From Sphyrna mokarran (Eukaryota), in contig JAGIQG010000004.1 of NCBI GenBank assembly GCA_024679065.1, positions 62,868,001 through 62,932,000 of the forward strand: a stretch of 64,000 bases of DNA. The letters are read 5' to 3'. Positions 25,543-39,506 of the stretch are shown piece after piece. The position numbers and the translations under genes were made by a program. A model generated the notes under the pieces. The model saw nothing but the letters and a program-made list of their open reading frames with translations, made no database searches and was not told the origin of the DNA. Numbering within the stretch: the stretch's first letter is position 1; each line of letters begins with the position of its first letter.

Positions 25543-25559
25543 ATTAGTTTTGTTTCTGC

Positions 25560-25940
25560 AGGATATGCCAAACAGACATATATTTCCTGGTCAGGGCTGT
25601 GTGTGACTTGGAGATGAACTTACAGGTAGTGGTGATCTCGTGTATGTGTTGTACCTGTTTGTTTTCTCTAGAAAACTGATATCGGTGTTGTTGAAGGAGC
25701 TTTGATGAGTTTCTGTAGTGTACCTTCTTGACGGTGCACACAGCTGATACTGCACCATTGGTGGAGCTGTTTTTTTTTTATGCTGGTAAGTGGCATTGTA
25801 ATCGAACGGGTTGATTTATCCTGAATGGTAGAGAACATTTTAAGTATTGCTGGAGCTGCATTCATCCAAACGAATGAAGAATATCCAATCGTGTATTTTA
25901 AGTGTCCTTTGTAGATGAAAAACAGGCTTTGAAGAGGGAG
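25560..25940 (-). mobile_element. Old L2/CR1-group LINE 3' fragment
   Basis: YSSFVWMNAAPAILKMFSTIQDKSTR..LHQWC relic; same family as 8805-10110. Confidence 0.6.
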
Positions 25941-27954
25941 GGAATAAACGGAGGACGGTAGGACCAAAACACTTCCTAAGGAACTCATAGAGTTACTGCT
26001 TGGAAAGGAAGAGGCTGATCCCCCAAAATCCAAATGATATAAATCATATCAGGATTTTCGCTCTAAGTCCCATTGACATTTCTTTGATGAGACATTCAGC
26101 AAAATTTCGCCTTCATTTCAAGAGAAGTCACTCTGCTCCCATTTATTGAGTTCAGCAGTTTTTCCTATGTTTGATTGGGTGCCGTGATAGGTCGGGAACG
26201 GAATGTCTCTGGCGGGTCTGAAACCTAACCTCCAAATTAGAGCAGGTTATTGATTGCGAAACTTTCAATATTAACGACCCCTTCTGTTACTTGATAATGC
26301 AGAATGGAATGATTGGATTGCAAATTGGCCTGGGGCGATTTGTGATGTTTTACTTTTCCTGGGCGAGCAGGCCACATTTTTCAAATGGCAGTGTAACTTC
26401 CAGTTTATTAGCTTACTTGGCCACGTTGGCTCATGGCGCAACTTGTTCTGGAGCAGAAGTCTTGAGTATTATTGTCGGAACTTTGATGTATCCAATGCCT
26501 TCAGCCATTGAATATTAGTATGGAGAGTGCACCGAATTGGCTTAAATGATGCTGGTCCCCTCATTTGGAAGGAGAAATGAATAATCCACTTTAATGCTGA
26601 AGATTGTTCTGAATGATCAGTGCTCGAGAGAAAGGAAGCGCGTAAAGACATACTGATGATACTGGGACCAAGCATCTTGAAACATAATGCCATTAAGTCA
26701 ATGTTTAATTTGCCGCCCGATTCTATTTTGGCGTTACCAAAAGTACGCATGTGAATACAGCTTATTGAGTGAAATTGAAAGCATATTCATAGGTTTTTTT
26801 TGTGTGAAGGACAATCACTCGGGAAAATCCGTTTACTTTGAATTCTACCGCTATTTTTTGAAGACAGCTCAGTGTGAAGAGTTTAAGCGATCATATCCCA
26901 TGTTTTGAAGTCAGTGGATAATGACATTTCGGGAGGTTAAAGACCAGGGCAAACTACCATTTAGCCGACATTACAGGTGAGCAGAAGTTCAAGGTAGAGA
27001 AAAAGGAACAGCAGCTTACCTCATAATTGAAGTACAAATTTGGCAGGGTTGTATCTATGCAATTGTTAAAGAATGGCTTTATTTATCGAGTGATATGTGA
27101 TGTTGGTTTTCATTGAGAAAACTCGTTGAGAGGTTAGTATAAAGAAAACATTTTAAAAATCGTAGAAGGTATTAATGCAACCTGGATGATATGTTCTTTT
27201 TTAACATCTATACTCATTTCCCTGTTTTAAAACTTGCTATTGATTTTTCAATGCCAAATGCTGAATACAGATTTTGTTTTGGTTATTATAAACGCTTTAT
27301 TCCTGGCAAGACGTTTGTGTTTTCTTAGCCAAAGATCAAATAAAAAAGTAAACGTGTGTAACAAACAAATGCTGATAACAAAAGGTTTTGAACAGCATTA
27401 CGAAAGTAAACTTTTAAACGCTAAATGTAATTACATGCCATGTAATCAAATCGCCATATGCCAAAATCTAGGAGAACTAAATCTTTTACTCTATCTTCAA
27501 GACAGGAATAAATCTCTCCACGCTGTTTCTAGCTAACAAACCATTAATGGGCATTCTAATTAAACTGCAGATATCGTGGACAATTGTGAAAATATGAATC
27601 TTCTTAACTTGCTCCTCCTACAGTTCTGACCTTTTGTACATTGTCGTTCACGCAGTTATTGTGCATTCGACTATTTTGAATAAATTTCCTTCATTTGTTT
27701 TCACTTCTAAGAGTTGGTCCGTATATTTTCAATGTGAAAAGAAAATGACAATATAGCCACTGTTTCTGAGCAGCATAACAATGGGTCAGGTTGAAGAGCA
27801 AAAATGATGATTTTGCGCCGGCGTTACCCTGAAGAAATATATCATGAAATGTAACTTCAAGTGACAGCCCCACCTATCTATCAGGGGCTGATCGTTATCA
27901 GATCGTTAAACGCTAACGTACGACATTTATTTAGATAATTGTAAAGAAAGCTAT

Positions 27955-28470
27955 ACTAGAATTGGAGGAAGTTCAGAGGAGGTTCACAAGATTGATCCTT
28001 AATATGGAAGGACTGCCTTATGGGGATAGATTTAGCAAATTGGATGTTTATTCGTTGAGATTAAGAAGAATGACAGGAGAACTTATTGAGATATAAGATT
28101 CAAAAGGAGGAAAGGGGCTTGACAGGGCAAATGCTGAGAGGTTCTTTCCCCTTGTGGGACAGTCTAGCAGCAGCAGGCATAATCTCAGAGTAAAGGGTCA
28201 TGCATTTAAGGCAGAGATAAAGATGGATTACTTCTCTCAGATGGTGATATTATCTGTGAAATACTTTAGCACAGAGGGCTGGAGAGATTGAGTGCTAATT
28301 ATGTTCAAGGCTGAGATTGACAGAGTTTGAAACAGTAAGGAAATCAATTGTATGGCGATAAGAGGGAAAATTTAGTTTTGGATTATCATATCAGTTCAGT
28401 TACGATAATGGCTGAGCAGTCTCGATGGGTAGATTAGCCTAATTCGACTTCTAAGGTTTGTGGTCCTATT
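27955..28470 (+). mobile_element. Old CR1 3' fragment
   Basis: LEEVQRRFTRLI..GLPYGDRF relic and degenerate 3' UTR. Confidence 0.75.
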
Positions 28471-28802
28471 CAATTTGCTGACTCTTATTTTTTTCAACTA
28501 AAATGCATTGTCCAGTGTTGTTTTATATGAAGTGTCGATTTCTGTCCACAACAGGGAAGATAATTAATTGTGGAGGTCCAAGCCGTATTGTTTCTTTCAT
28601 ATAACAGAGTATATAGCTGTGAAATTGTACATTCTCACCGTGAATAAGAAGCATGTCAACTCTACCTGCAAATGATGCACCATCAATTTGGCCAACTATA
28701 CAAATGTTACATCGATCTACAATGATCATTTCCTCTTCCGGCACAGAAGTACAGAGATTTTCATATGGAATTCTTCAGTTATTCAGAAATTAAATTATTA
28801 TA

Positions 28803-28860
28803 ATTTACATGAACTTAGAATTTACATGAAGTTAGAATTACATGAAGTTAGAAGTTAGAA
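28803..28860. repeat. Short tandem repeat, ~17 bp unit x3 plus partial
   Basis: ATTTACATGAA(C/G)TTAGA repeated. Confidence 0.85.
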
Positions 28861-30091
28861 ACACGCTAAGCGTTTTCTCGTTTTCTCGCTAGGCAGTTTC
28901 CTTTTCTAATATCGAAATTTCGAAAGTCGGCAACCCAGAGATGTAGAGATGAATTATGGGAACAGAAAAAAAATTCTAACTGGTGTTGGGTTTCTCGCAT
29001 TTTAACAACTTCTATATCATTTCCGAATTTTAATTGTTACGTGCTGCCTGATTGCGTTGTTGCAATTCTGGTAAGCTCTCTCAGTAACACGGTGAAACTG
29101 GCAAACCTTTTGTGATATAACGTGTTTAGTCAAATACATAAATCCAGAACTTATAGTCAGTCATTTCCTGTTGCTCTACAGAGGTACAGTTTTGCCTGTT
29201 ATTTCATCAGTTCGCACCTTTTGAAGAAAATCGTTTTGAATTAATCCGCGAAGACAATGGCCAACGTCAAAATGATCAAAATGGCTGATATAAATCGGGT
29301 TAACAAACCAACTAGAAAATCGCATACATCCCATAAGGCGTAAATAAAAGAAAGAATATCCGCAAAACAACAGTATATCAATAAACGGATGGGTTGTTTT
29401 TATAACGATGAAACCAGTTATTAATTCATTTCTACAATACATGATATAGTTTTGTAAAATGTCTATGTTACTACAATAAATAATATTTCATGCGTTGTGC
29501 AAAATTTGTAACAGCATAATCGTCACAGCACCAACATTTCATGGCTTTACTGTTAATATTAATTTATAATTATTCTACGGACTGCTTCCCATTTTAGCAA
29601 AGCTGTGGTAATCTCTGGGAAAGCACAAAAAAAAGTTAAAACACAAACGGCTAGAAATCTTCACCAACAAATTATAAAGCGTGAGCAATAAATAATAAAA
29701 ACAAAACGCTCAGCATAAAGTAATCGAATTTTAATGTTCTTTATCCAGAATGAATTTACTGGGAAATAGATGATCCATTGTGCAATACTCAATCTAAATA
29801 CTGCAAAGCAATTGAAGGTCATTGCTTCGAGTCAGATGAGGGCGCTCCAACAGAAGACGTGACTGATTTTATTATGTTTGCACTAAACTAAAATAGAATC
29901 TTATTTTTCTAATGTTTATAAAATAAAGAGGACTGTTTAAGAGAAAGCTTGTTATAGATCTAGGCAGCAGTGTGGAACTTAACTTGAGCTACAAGGCCAT
30001 GAAGAGATAAAATTGTTTCGCGTGGTTTGGTGCTATTCGTTTAACGAGGTGCCATAATGATACTGCAAGTACAATAATAATGCTGCTGAGA

Positions 30092-31315
30092 AAGAATGTA
30101 GTGGGGAGGTATATGATAAAGGGTAGACCTATTAAGAGTATAGAAACGCAGAGGGACCTGGGGGTGCAGGTGAACAAGTCTCTGAAGGCGGCAGAGCAAG
30201 TGAAGAAGGTTGTGAAGAAAGCATATAGTATGCTAGCCTTTATAGGAAGGGGTATAGAGTACAAGAGCTGGCCTTTAATGTTGCAGTTGTATAAAACGCT
30301 GGTTAGACCTCATTTGGAATACTGCGTCCAATTCTGGTCGCCTTACTAGCGGAAGGACGTGGAGACTCTGGAGAGAGTGCAGAAGAGGTTTACCAGGATG
30401 CTGCCTGGTATGGAAGGTCAGAGTTACGAGGAAAGGTTAGGCAAATTGGGGCTGTTTTCCTTAGACAAACGTAGACTTAGAGGAGATGTAATAGAGGTGT
30501 ACAAGATTATGAGGGGTCTAGATAGAGTAAACAGGTTTAAACTTTTTCCTAGGATGGACTCAAATAGCACGAAGGGACACAGGCTTAGGGCGTGGGGAGG
30601 GGGGGTGGTAGGGTAAGGTATAATTTGGATGCCAGAGCGAGTTTTTTTTCATACAGAGGGTGGTGGCAGTATGGAATGCGCTTCCAAGTAGAGTGGTGAA
30701 GGCAGGCACTCTGGAGTTATTTAAGAGACACTTAGATGATGGGCACATGAACAGAATGGGAATAGAGGGTTACAGAAGACTGATTTAAAATAGGGATCAT
30801 GACCCTTGGGAGTCTCTGGGTGATGTGTAAATAGACGATGATATTGACGTACTTGTTTTTATCCTACAGATGATTTCGTCCGCCTTGTTGTCTAACAAGG
30901 GTTATTCACGCGATGGGTCATGAGAGGGCTGCTCTTGGATTTTTCAAGAGTATCCTAGTGCTTCACGTCGTTAGTGCACGCTTGACCTGGATCATTTGAT
31001 GGGCAACACGACAGTTCAGTGACTATCGCTGTGCTGTGCAGATACATGGATTTGGCCCTGTGCCTGTGGGAGTTTGCGCATTCTCTCCGTGCTTGCGTCG
31101 GTTTTCTCCGAGGTGTTCCAGTTTCCTTCCACATCCCAAAGATGTGCTCTTACGCTAATTGGCAAAACAAATTCTCCCTAATTTGTCTCAAATTTGGTTT
31201 TGAATCCATAGATCTATAAACATAGACAGGGATCACGGGTTGAGGTGGGAACATCGGGGTTTTGGCGCGGGCTCATTGGGCCGAAGGGCCTGTTTCCCGT
31301 GTTGTTTTTGTTCTT
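30092..31315 (+). mobile_element. CR1-C, 5'-truncated
   Basis: QRDLGVQV..LYKTLVRPHLEYCVQFWSP ORF2 end followed by spacer and SINE-derived 3' end. Confidence 0.95.
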
Positions 31316-31317
31316 CG

Positions 31318-31866
31318 TACGCATCAGATGACAAGACAAAGTACCAGACACTGAAGTTCTCTGTACAGCAAGTCTACCATCATCCACACACTGCTGATGA
31401 GAATGCAGACCCGGTGGCAAAGCATGTCATCCATATGCTAAACCAGCGCAGTCGAAGCCGCTCATTTTTGGGGAACTCTCTGCTGGAATACGCTCACATG
31501 GGGGGCGGGAGGAGGCGGTGGCAGAAGAAATGTTACAAAGCCACGTTCAAGGCCTCTCTGAAGTCACTTGACATGGATACGACTACCTGGGAAATGCTGG
31601 CACAAAACCGCCCTGCCTGGTGCTGCCTCATCCACGAGGGCTATCAAGCTTACAAAGCAAGGTGCATTGCTAAAGAACAAGTTAACCGCCAGCTGTGCAA
31701 GCCCTGAGCCACCAGCACAACAACTCCAATGCCTACACAAGTCTGTCCATTATGCGCCAGGACATTACATGTCCGAATTGGCCTCATCAGTCATCTTTGG
31801 ACATGTCAGCCTCAAAATGACTGATTGTGTTGTGGTCCTCATCCATGACGATGGACGAATGACAAC
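31318..31866 (+). mobile_element. RTE-clade LINE 3' fragment
   Basis: QDKVPDTEVL, QKKCYKATFKASLKS..TWEMLAQNRPAW, CPLCARTLHVRIGLISHL zinc finger, GACGATGGACGAA 3' end. Confidence 0.85.
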
Positions 31867-31876
31867 CATTGACAAC

Positions 31877-33463
31877 ATAGAACATAGAACATAGAACATT
31901 ACAGCACAGAACAGGCCCTTCGGCCTTCGATGTTGCGCCGACCAAGATAAAAAGCAATGCCCCTCCAAACTAAACCATTCCCTTCTCTTCCATATACTTA
32001 TCAACTAACCTCTTAAACGCCACCAAACTTGGCGCATCTACAACTGCTGCAGGCAGGGCATTCCACTCCCGAACCACCCTTTGGGTAAAGAACCTACCTC
32101 TGATATCCGTCCTATAACTATCACCCCTTAATTTAAAGCTGTGTCCCCTCGTGCTAGCTTTTTCCATCCTAGGAAAAAGGCTATCACTGTCCACCCTATC
32201 TAAACCTCTAATCATCTTATATGTTTCGATCAGGTCCCCTCTTAGCTTCCTTCTTTCTAACGAAAACAACCTCAAATCCCTCAGCCTCTCCTCATAAGAC
32301 CTGCCCTCCATACCAGGCAACATCCTGGTAAACATCCTCTGTACCCTCTCCAAAGCCTCCACATCTTTCTTATAATGCGGGGACCAGAACTGCACACAAT
32401 ACTCCAAGTGCGGCCGCACTAGAGTTTTGTACAGTTGCAACATGACGTTGCGGCTCCGAAATTCAATCCCTCTACCAATAAAAGCCAAGACTCCATATGC
32501 CTTCCTAACAACCTTCTCGACCTGACTGCCTACTTTCAGGGATCTATGCACATACACACCAAGATCCCTCTGTTCATCTAGACTACTAAGAATCCTACCA
32601 TTTGCCCTATACTCTACACATTTATTATTTCTGCCATAGTGCATTACCTCACACTTTTCCACATTAAACTCCATTTGCCACCTCTCGGCCCAGCTCTGCA
32701 ACTTGTCTAAGTCCCTCAGCAAACTATAACACCCCTCTTCACTATCTACCACTCCACCGACTTTAGTGTCATTTGCAAATTTACTAATCCATCCTTCAAT
32801 ACCCTCATCCAGATCATTTATAAAAATTACAAACAGCAGGGGCCCCAAAACAGACCCCTGAGGTACACCACTTGTCACCGAACTCCAAGATGAATATCTC
32901 CCATCAACCACCACCCTCTGTCTTCTATCTGCTAGCCAATTCCTAACACAATTAGCTAAATCACCCTCTATCCCATACATCTGAATTTTCTGCAGAAGTC
33001 TTCCATGGGCCACCTTATCAAACGCCTTACTAAAGTCCATATCTACCACATCAACCACCTTACCCCCATCCACCTCCTTAGTCACTTTTTCAAAAAACTC
33101 AATGAGGTTAGTAAGGCACGACCTACCCTTCACAAAACCATGCTGACTATTTCCAATCAATTCATTACTCTCTAAATAAGTATAAATCCTATCCCTAATT
33201 ATTCTCTCCAATACTTTGCCCACCACAGAAGTAAGACTCACTGGCTATAATTCCCTGGAAGGTCTCTCTTCCCCTTCTTGAACAACGGGACCACATTCGC
33301 TATCCTCCAGTCCTCCGGAACCACACCCGTAACCAACGATGACCTGAAGATCAGAGCCAGAGGCTCTGCAATCTCCTCTCTTGCCTCCCAGAGAATCCTA
33401 GGGTAAATCCCGTCCGGCCCAGGGGACTTATCCAACTTCAAACCCTCATCCAACTTCAAACCC
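31877..33463 (-). mobile_element. CR1-D 3' segment (RT to tail) of a 5'-inverted insertion
   Basis: 423-aa RT ORF; tail (CATAGAA)n at 31877. Confidence 0.96.
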
Positions 33464-33464
33464 A

Positions 33465-34838
33465 TGTTTGAACTCGTGGCTACGGGGATGGTGCAGGAGG
33501 GAGGGGTTCAGGTTCCTGAACAATTGGGACTCATTCTGGGATAGGTAGGACCTCTACAAGAGAGATGGTCTACACCTGAACCAGAGGGGAACTAATATCT
33601 TGGGGGGAAAATTTGCTAAGGCTATGCAGGGGGCTTTAAACTGATTCGGGGGGGGGGTGGGATCCTGAATAGTTGGGGTGCTAAGAGGGATGAGAGTAAG
33701 GGGGTCCTGGAGGAAAGCCGTAAAACACAGCAGCATACGGGTGGGGTAGGGCATGGTTTGAAATGCGTATACTTTAATGCAAGGAGTATTCGCAATAAGG
33801 GGGAGGAACTTGAAGCTTGGACCAGTACCTGGAACTTCGATGTTGTGGCCATTTCAGAGACTTGGGTAGAGCAGGGACAAGAATGGATGTTGCAGGTTCT
33901 AGGGTTCAAATGCTTTAGTCGGAGTAGAGAAGGAGGTAGAAGGGGGGGAGGAGTGGCATTATTAGTCAAAGACTGTATCACAGTGACAGAGAAGAAGTTT
34001 GATGAGGACTTGTCTGTTGAGGTAGTATGGGCTGAGATTAGAAACAGGAAAGGAGAGGTCACCCTGTTGGGAGTCTTTTATAGACCTCCTAAAAGTTCTA
34101 GAGAGGTAGAGGAAAGGATTGCAAAGTCAATTCTGGTCAGGAGTGAAAGTAATAGGGTAATTGTTATGGGGGACTTTAACTTTACTAATATTGATTGGAA
34201 TAGCTATAGCTCTAGCTCGTTAGAGGGGTCAGTTTTCGTACAAAGTGTGCAGGAGGGTTTTTTGACTCAGTATGTAGATAGGCCAACTAGAGGTGAGGCT
34301 ACATTGGATTTGGTGCTGGGCAATGAGCCAGACCAGGTGTTAGGCTTGGAGGTTGGTGAACATTTTGGTGATAGTGACCACAATTCGGTTACGTTCACCT
34401 TAGTGATGGATAGGGATAGGCATGAAGCTGGGGGCAGTAGTTATAGCTGGGGGAAGGGTAATTATGAGGCCATCAGGAGAGAATTAGGGTGCATAGATTG
34501 GACTAGGAAGCTACAGGGACTGGGAACATCTGGAATGTGGAGCTTATTCAAGGAGCAGCTGCTGCGGGTCCTTGATAAGTATGTCCCTGTCAGGCAAGGA
34601 GGAAATGGTCGTGTAAGAGAACCTTGGTGTACGAAAAAAGTTGATTTGCTGGTTAAAAGGAAAAAGGAGGCTTATGTCAGGATGAGGATTGAAGGCTCGG
34701 TTAGTGCAATGGATAGCTATAGATTAGCGAGGAGGGAGCTAAAGGGGGAATTGAGGAGAGCAAAGAGAGGACATGAGAAGACTACGGCTGATAGGATTAG
34801 GGAGAATCCTAAAGCTTTCTTTAGATATGTTAAGAATA
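33465..34838 (+). mobile_element. CR1-D inverted 5' segment (ORF1 end + APE domain)
   Basis: LNSWLRGWCRREGFRFL..DGLHLN..GALN*, then intact CVYFNARS..SDHNSV..FFRYVKN. Confidence 0.95.
33635..33641 (+). other. Candidate -1 frameshift slippery heptamer T_TTA_AAC, CR1-D
   Basis: GCT TTA AAC TGA; -1 frame open for 41 codons to TTG 33758 with no ATG. Confidence 0.65.
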
Positions 34839-36820
34839 ATACACTGGATGACATATTTCATCAAATTGATGATAGAACATAGAACATAGAACACTACAGC
34901 ACAAACAGGCCCTTCGGCCCATAAGTTGTGCCAAACACATCAAAACCTACCCAGCCATAGACCTATCTATAACCCCCAATCCCATTGGATCCCATATACT
35001 CATCCTGAAGTCTTTTAAAAGACCCCAGCGAGTTCACCTCGACCACCACCGACAGCAGCCGATTCCATTCACTCACCACCCTCTGAGTGAAAAACTTTCC
35101 CCTAGCGTCCCCTCTGTACTTGCTTCCCTGCACCTTAAATCTGTGCCCTCTCGTCATGACCATTTCAGCCCTGGGAAATAGTTTCTGAGAGTCCACCCTA
35201 TCTAATCCTCTCAACATCTTGTAAACCTCTATCAGGTCGTCTCTCAACCTTCGTCTCTCCAGGGAGAACAGTCCCAGCTCCCTCAACCTGTCTTCATAAG
35301 GCATGCCTCCCAATCCAGGCAACATCCTTGTAAATCTCCTCTGCACCCTTTCAATAGCTTCCATGTCCTTCCTATAGTGAGGCGACCAGAACTGCGCACA
35401 GTACTCCAAGTGTGGTCTGACAAGGGTCCTATAAAGCTGCAGCATTACTTCCTGACTCCTGAAATCAATCCCTCGATGAATGAAGGCCAGTACACCGTAA
35501 GCTTTCTTAACCACATCCTCCACCTGGGAGGCCGATTTGAGAGTCTTATGGACCCGGACCCCAAGATCCCTCTGCTCTTCCACACAGCTAAGACTCCTAC
35601 CTTTGATAGTGTACTCATTCATCCCGTTGGATCTGCCAAAATGGACCACAACACATTTATCCACGTTGAAGTCCATCTGCCACTTCTCCGCCCAGTCTTG
35701 CATCCTGTCGATGTCCTGCTGCAACTTTTGACATCCCTCCAGACCACCCGCAACACCACCGACCTTCGTGTCATCGGCGAACTTACTCACCCATCCCTCC
35801 ACTTCCTCATCCAGGTCATTTATGAAAATGACAAATAGCAAGGGCCCCAGAACAGATCCCTGGGGCACCCACTGGTGACTGACCTCCATGCAGAAAAAGA
35901 GCCATCCACAACCACCCTCTGCCTTCTGCATGCAAGCCAGTTCTGGATCCACAAGGCCAAAGCCACTTGGATCTCATGCCCTCTCACCTTCTCAAGAAGT
36001 CTTGCATGCGGGACCTTGTCAAATGCCTTGCTGAAGTCCATGTACACCACATCCACTGCTCTTCCTTCGTCAATGTGTTCAGTCACATTTTCGAAGAACT
36101 CAATTAAGCTCGTAAGGCATGACCTGCCTTTTACAAAACCATGCTGACTATTTCTAATCAACCTAAACTTCTCCAAATGCTCATAAATCTTGTCCCTCAG
36201 AAGCCTCTCCAACAGCTTACCAACCACTGAGGTCAGACTCACTGGTCGGTAATTTCCAGGACTATCCCTGTTCCCTTTCTTGAAAATAGGGACCACATCC
36301 GCAATCCTCCAATCCTCCAGAACCTCTCCCGTCTCCATCAACGACGCAAAGATCATCGCCAGGGGCTCTGCAATGACATCCCTCACCTCCCACAATAACC
36401 TGGGGTACATCCCATCTGGTCCCGGAGACTTGTCTATCTTGATAGCATTTAAAAGTTCTAACACATCCGCTTCCTTAATATCTACATACTCAATCTTTTC
36501 AGTCTGCCGCAAACTTGTAGTGCATCCTCCCAGATCACTTTCCACTGTGAATACTGAGGCAAAGTACTCATTAAGCACTTCTGCCATTTCTTCCGGATCC
36601 ATACAGACTTTTCTCCCTTCACCTTTTATAGGTCCTATCCCTTCTCTTCTCATCCTTTTACTTTTCAGATATTTGTAGAAGGCCTTGGGATTCTCCTTAA
36701 TCCTACCAGCCAAGGCCTTCTCATGACCCCTTCTGGCTCTCCTAATTTCCTTTTTAAGCTCTCTTCTATAAGCCTTATACTTCTCTAGATCCCCAACATC
36801 TCCTAGCTCTTTGAACCTTT

Positions 36821-37535
36821 TAGAACATAGAACATAGAACATAGAACATTACAGCACAGAACAGGCCCTTCGGCCTTCGATGTTGTGCCGACCAAAATAA
36901 AAAGCAATGCCCCTCCAAACTAAACCATTCCTTCTCTTCCATATACTTATCAATTAACCTCTTAAACGCCACCAAACTTGGCGCATCTACAACAGCTGCA
37001 GGCAGGGCATTCCACTCCCTAATCACTCTTTGAGTAAAGAAACTACCTCTGATATCCGTCCTATAACTCATACCCCTTAATTTAAAGCTGTGTCCCCTCG
37101 TGCTAGCTTTCTCCATCCTAGGAAAAAGGCTATCACTGTCCACCCTATCTAAACCTCTAATCATCTTATATGCTTCAATAAGATCCCCTCTTAGCCGCCT
37201 CCTTTCTAACGAAAACAACCTCAAATCCTTCAACCTCTCTTCATAGGACCTGCCCTCCATACCAGGCAACATCCTGGTAAACCTCCTCTGTACCCTCTCC
37301 AATGCCTCCACATCTTTCTTATAATGTGGGGACCAGAACTGCACACAATACTCCAAGTGCGGCCGCACTAGAGTTTTGTACAGTTGCAACATGATGCTGT
37401 GGCTCCTAAATTCAATCCCCCTGCCAATAAAAGCTAAGACTCCATATGCCTTCTTAACAACTTTATCCACTTGACTTTCAGGGATCTATTGACACATACA
37501 CCAAGATCCTTCTGTTCCTCAACACTATTAAGAGC
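36821..37535 (-). mobile_element. CR1-D 3' fragment nested in CR1-B
   Basis: TTTTA duplicated at 36818-36822 and 37538-37542. Confidence 0.93.
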
Positions 37536-37910
37536 TATTTTATACACTTTTCTTTTCTTCCTGACTAGGTTCACCACAGCCTTCGTGCACCACAGTTCCC
37601 TCGACCTAGCAAAACCTCCTTGTCTCACCGGAAGGTTGTCGTGCAGAGCTCCAGACAAGCATTCCTTGAATATCTGCCACCTTCCTTCTGTGCTTTTCCC
37701 CAAGAACACCTCCTTCCAGTTTATTCGCCCCAACATCTGCCTGGTGTCTTCATATTTCCCCTTATTCCAGACAAACACCTTCCGAGCCTGCCTGATCCTA
37801 TCCTTTTCCAATGCAAGGGTGAAGGAGATAGAATTATGATCTCCAAGATGCTCTCCTACCGAGAGATCCATCACCTGTCCTGGTTCATTAGCTAGTACCA
37901 GGTCCAGTAC

Positions 37911-38145
37911 TATAGGACGGATATCAGAGGCAGGTTCTTTACCCAAAGGGTGGTTCGGGAGTGGAATGTCCTGCCTGCAGCGGTTGTAGATGCGCCAAGT
38001 TTGGTGGCGTTTAAGAGGTTAGTTGATAAGTATACGGAAGAGAAGGGAATGGTTTAGTTTGGAGGGGCATTGCTTTTTATATTGGTCGGCGCAACATCGA
38101 AGGCCGAAGGGCCTGTTCTGTGCTGTAATGTTCTATGTTCTATGT
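37911..38145 (+). mobile_element. CR1-D 3' fragment nested antisense in CR1-B
   Basis: AGTAC duplicated at 37906-37910 and 38146-38150. Confidence 0.93.
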
Positions 38146-38832
38146 AGTACAGCCTCTCCTCTCTAGGCTTGTCCACGTGCTGTGTCAGGAAACCCTCCTG
38201 AACACACCTAACAAACTCCTCCCCATCCAAATCCCTTACCCTTGGGATATTCCAGTCGATGTTTGGGAAATTGAAGTCTCCCATCACAACAACTCTGTTA
38301 TTTCTACATCTCTCCAGTATCTGTTTCCCTATCTGCACCTCAACTTCCCTGTCACTATTGGGCGGCCTATAGCATACACCCAGCAACGTCACCGACCCTT
38401 TGCTATTCCTAACTTCCACCCACAGAGACTCCGTAGACATTCCCTCCTCGGTATCCACCTTCTCAACAGCCACGACACTGTCCCTGATCAACAGTGCCAT
38501 TCCACCACCTCTTTTTCCTCCCTCCCTGTCCTTCCTGAAGGATCTGAATCCCGGGACCTGTAGTACTCAGTCCTGTCCCCGAGACATCCAAGTCTCTGTA
38601 ATGGCCACCACATCACAATCCCAAGCAGCAATCCACGCCCTAAGTTCATCCACCTTATTTACTACACTCCTGGCATTAAAATAGACACACCTCAGCCCCT
38701 CAGACTGGACATTTCCCTTCTCCCCCACTCGTCTAACCTGTCTCTCATCCTGCCTAGAGTTCTTCCCTACCTGGGAGCTAACGTCCTTGCTCCCAGTCTC
38801 CACATCACTATTCCCTCCCCCTAATCTTTCTA

Positions 38833-38839
38833 GTTTAAA
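38833..38839 (-). other. Candidate -1 frameshift slippery heptamer T_TTA_AAC, CR1-B
   Basis: ACT TTA AAC TAG; -1 frame FKLERLGGGNSDVETGSKD... open into CVYFNARS with no ATG. Confidence 0.65.
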
Positions 38840-38972
38840 GTCCCCCTAGTAGCCCTAGCCAATCTTCCCGCCAAGATATTAGTTCCCCTGGGATTCAGGT
38901 GCCACCCGTCTTTGCCGTACAGGTCACACCTGCCCCTAAAGAGGCCCCAATAAATGATAATTGAGAGTACCT

Positions 38973-39325
38973 TGGAACCATAGCATCTCTACAATTCAGA
39001 AAGAGGACATCTGACCCATCAAGTCTGTGCTGACACTCCGAAAAAAATATTCCACTCAGACGCTACCTCCACCCTATCCTCATAAGCCCACGCATTTACC
39101 ATGGGTAATCCGCATAACATGCACATCTTTAGACGATGACAGCCTATTTAGTACACCCAATCACCTACCTTGCACATGCTTGGAAGTTAGAACGGATCTG
39201 GAGCGCTCACAGAAAACACCTGCAGGCAAGGAGAGAAGATTCACACAGTTATCCAATGCTGGAAGAGAACCTGGTTTCCTAGGGCTGCGAGACAGCAGTG
39301 CCAACAATTGTGTCACTGTGCCCCC
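38973..39325 (-). mobile_element. Old HE1-like SINE
   Basis: Tail GAACCATAG, core relic, head GACAGCAGTGCC..CACTGTGCCCC. Confidence 0.65.
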
Positions 39326-39506
39326 AGCGGAGTGATATGTTAATTGCGCAAATTCTATCTCACAACATTATGGAATGCCTGCAATATAAAATTGGCTCTG
39401 GGGTATGTTGCGACTGTGTGCCCTCTGAAGGTGCCCTCTAGTGTATCACCCTACCTTTACCCCGCAGCACTGTCCATTTTCATTTTCAACAAATAAGTTC
39501 AGCTTT

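Larger units (their letters stand above)
34873..38950 (-). mobile_element. CR1 LINE family B (ORF1 end + ORF2) with two nested CR1-D insertions
   Basis: KDGWHLNPRG ORF1 end, APE and RT motifs including FADD, NGIGGYR* at 34963. Confidence 0.96.

Noticed and set aside
28803-28860. Repeats as a possible CRISPR-like array
   Set aside because: No spacers; simple tandem repeat in eukaryotic DNA
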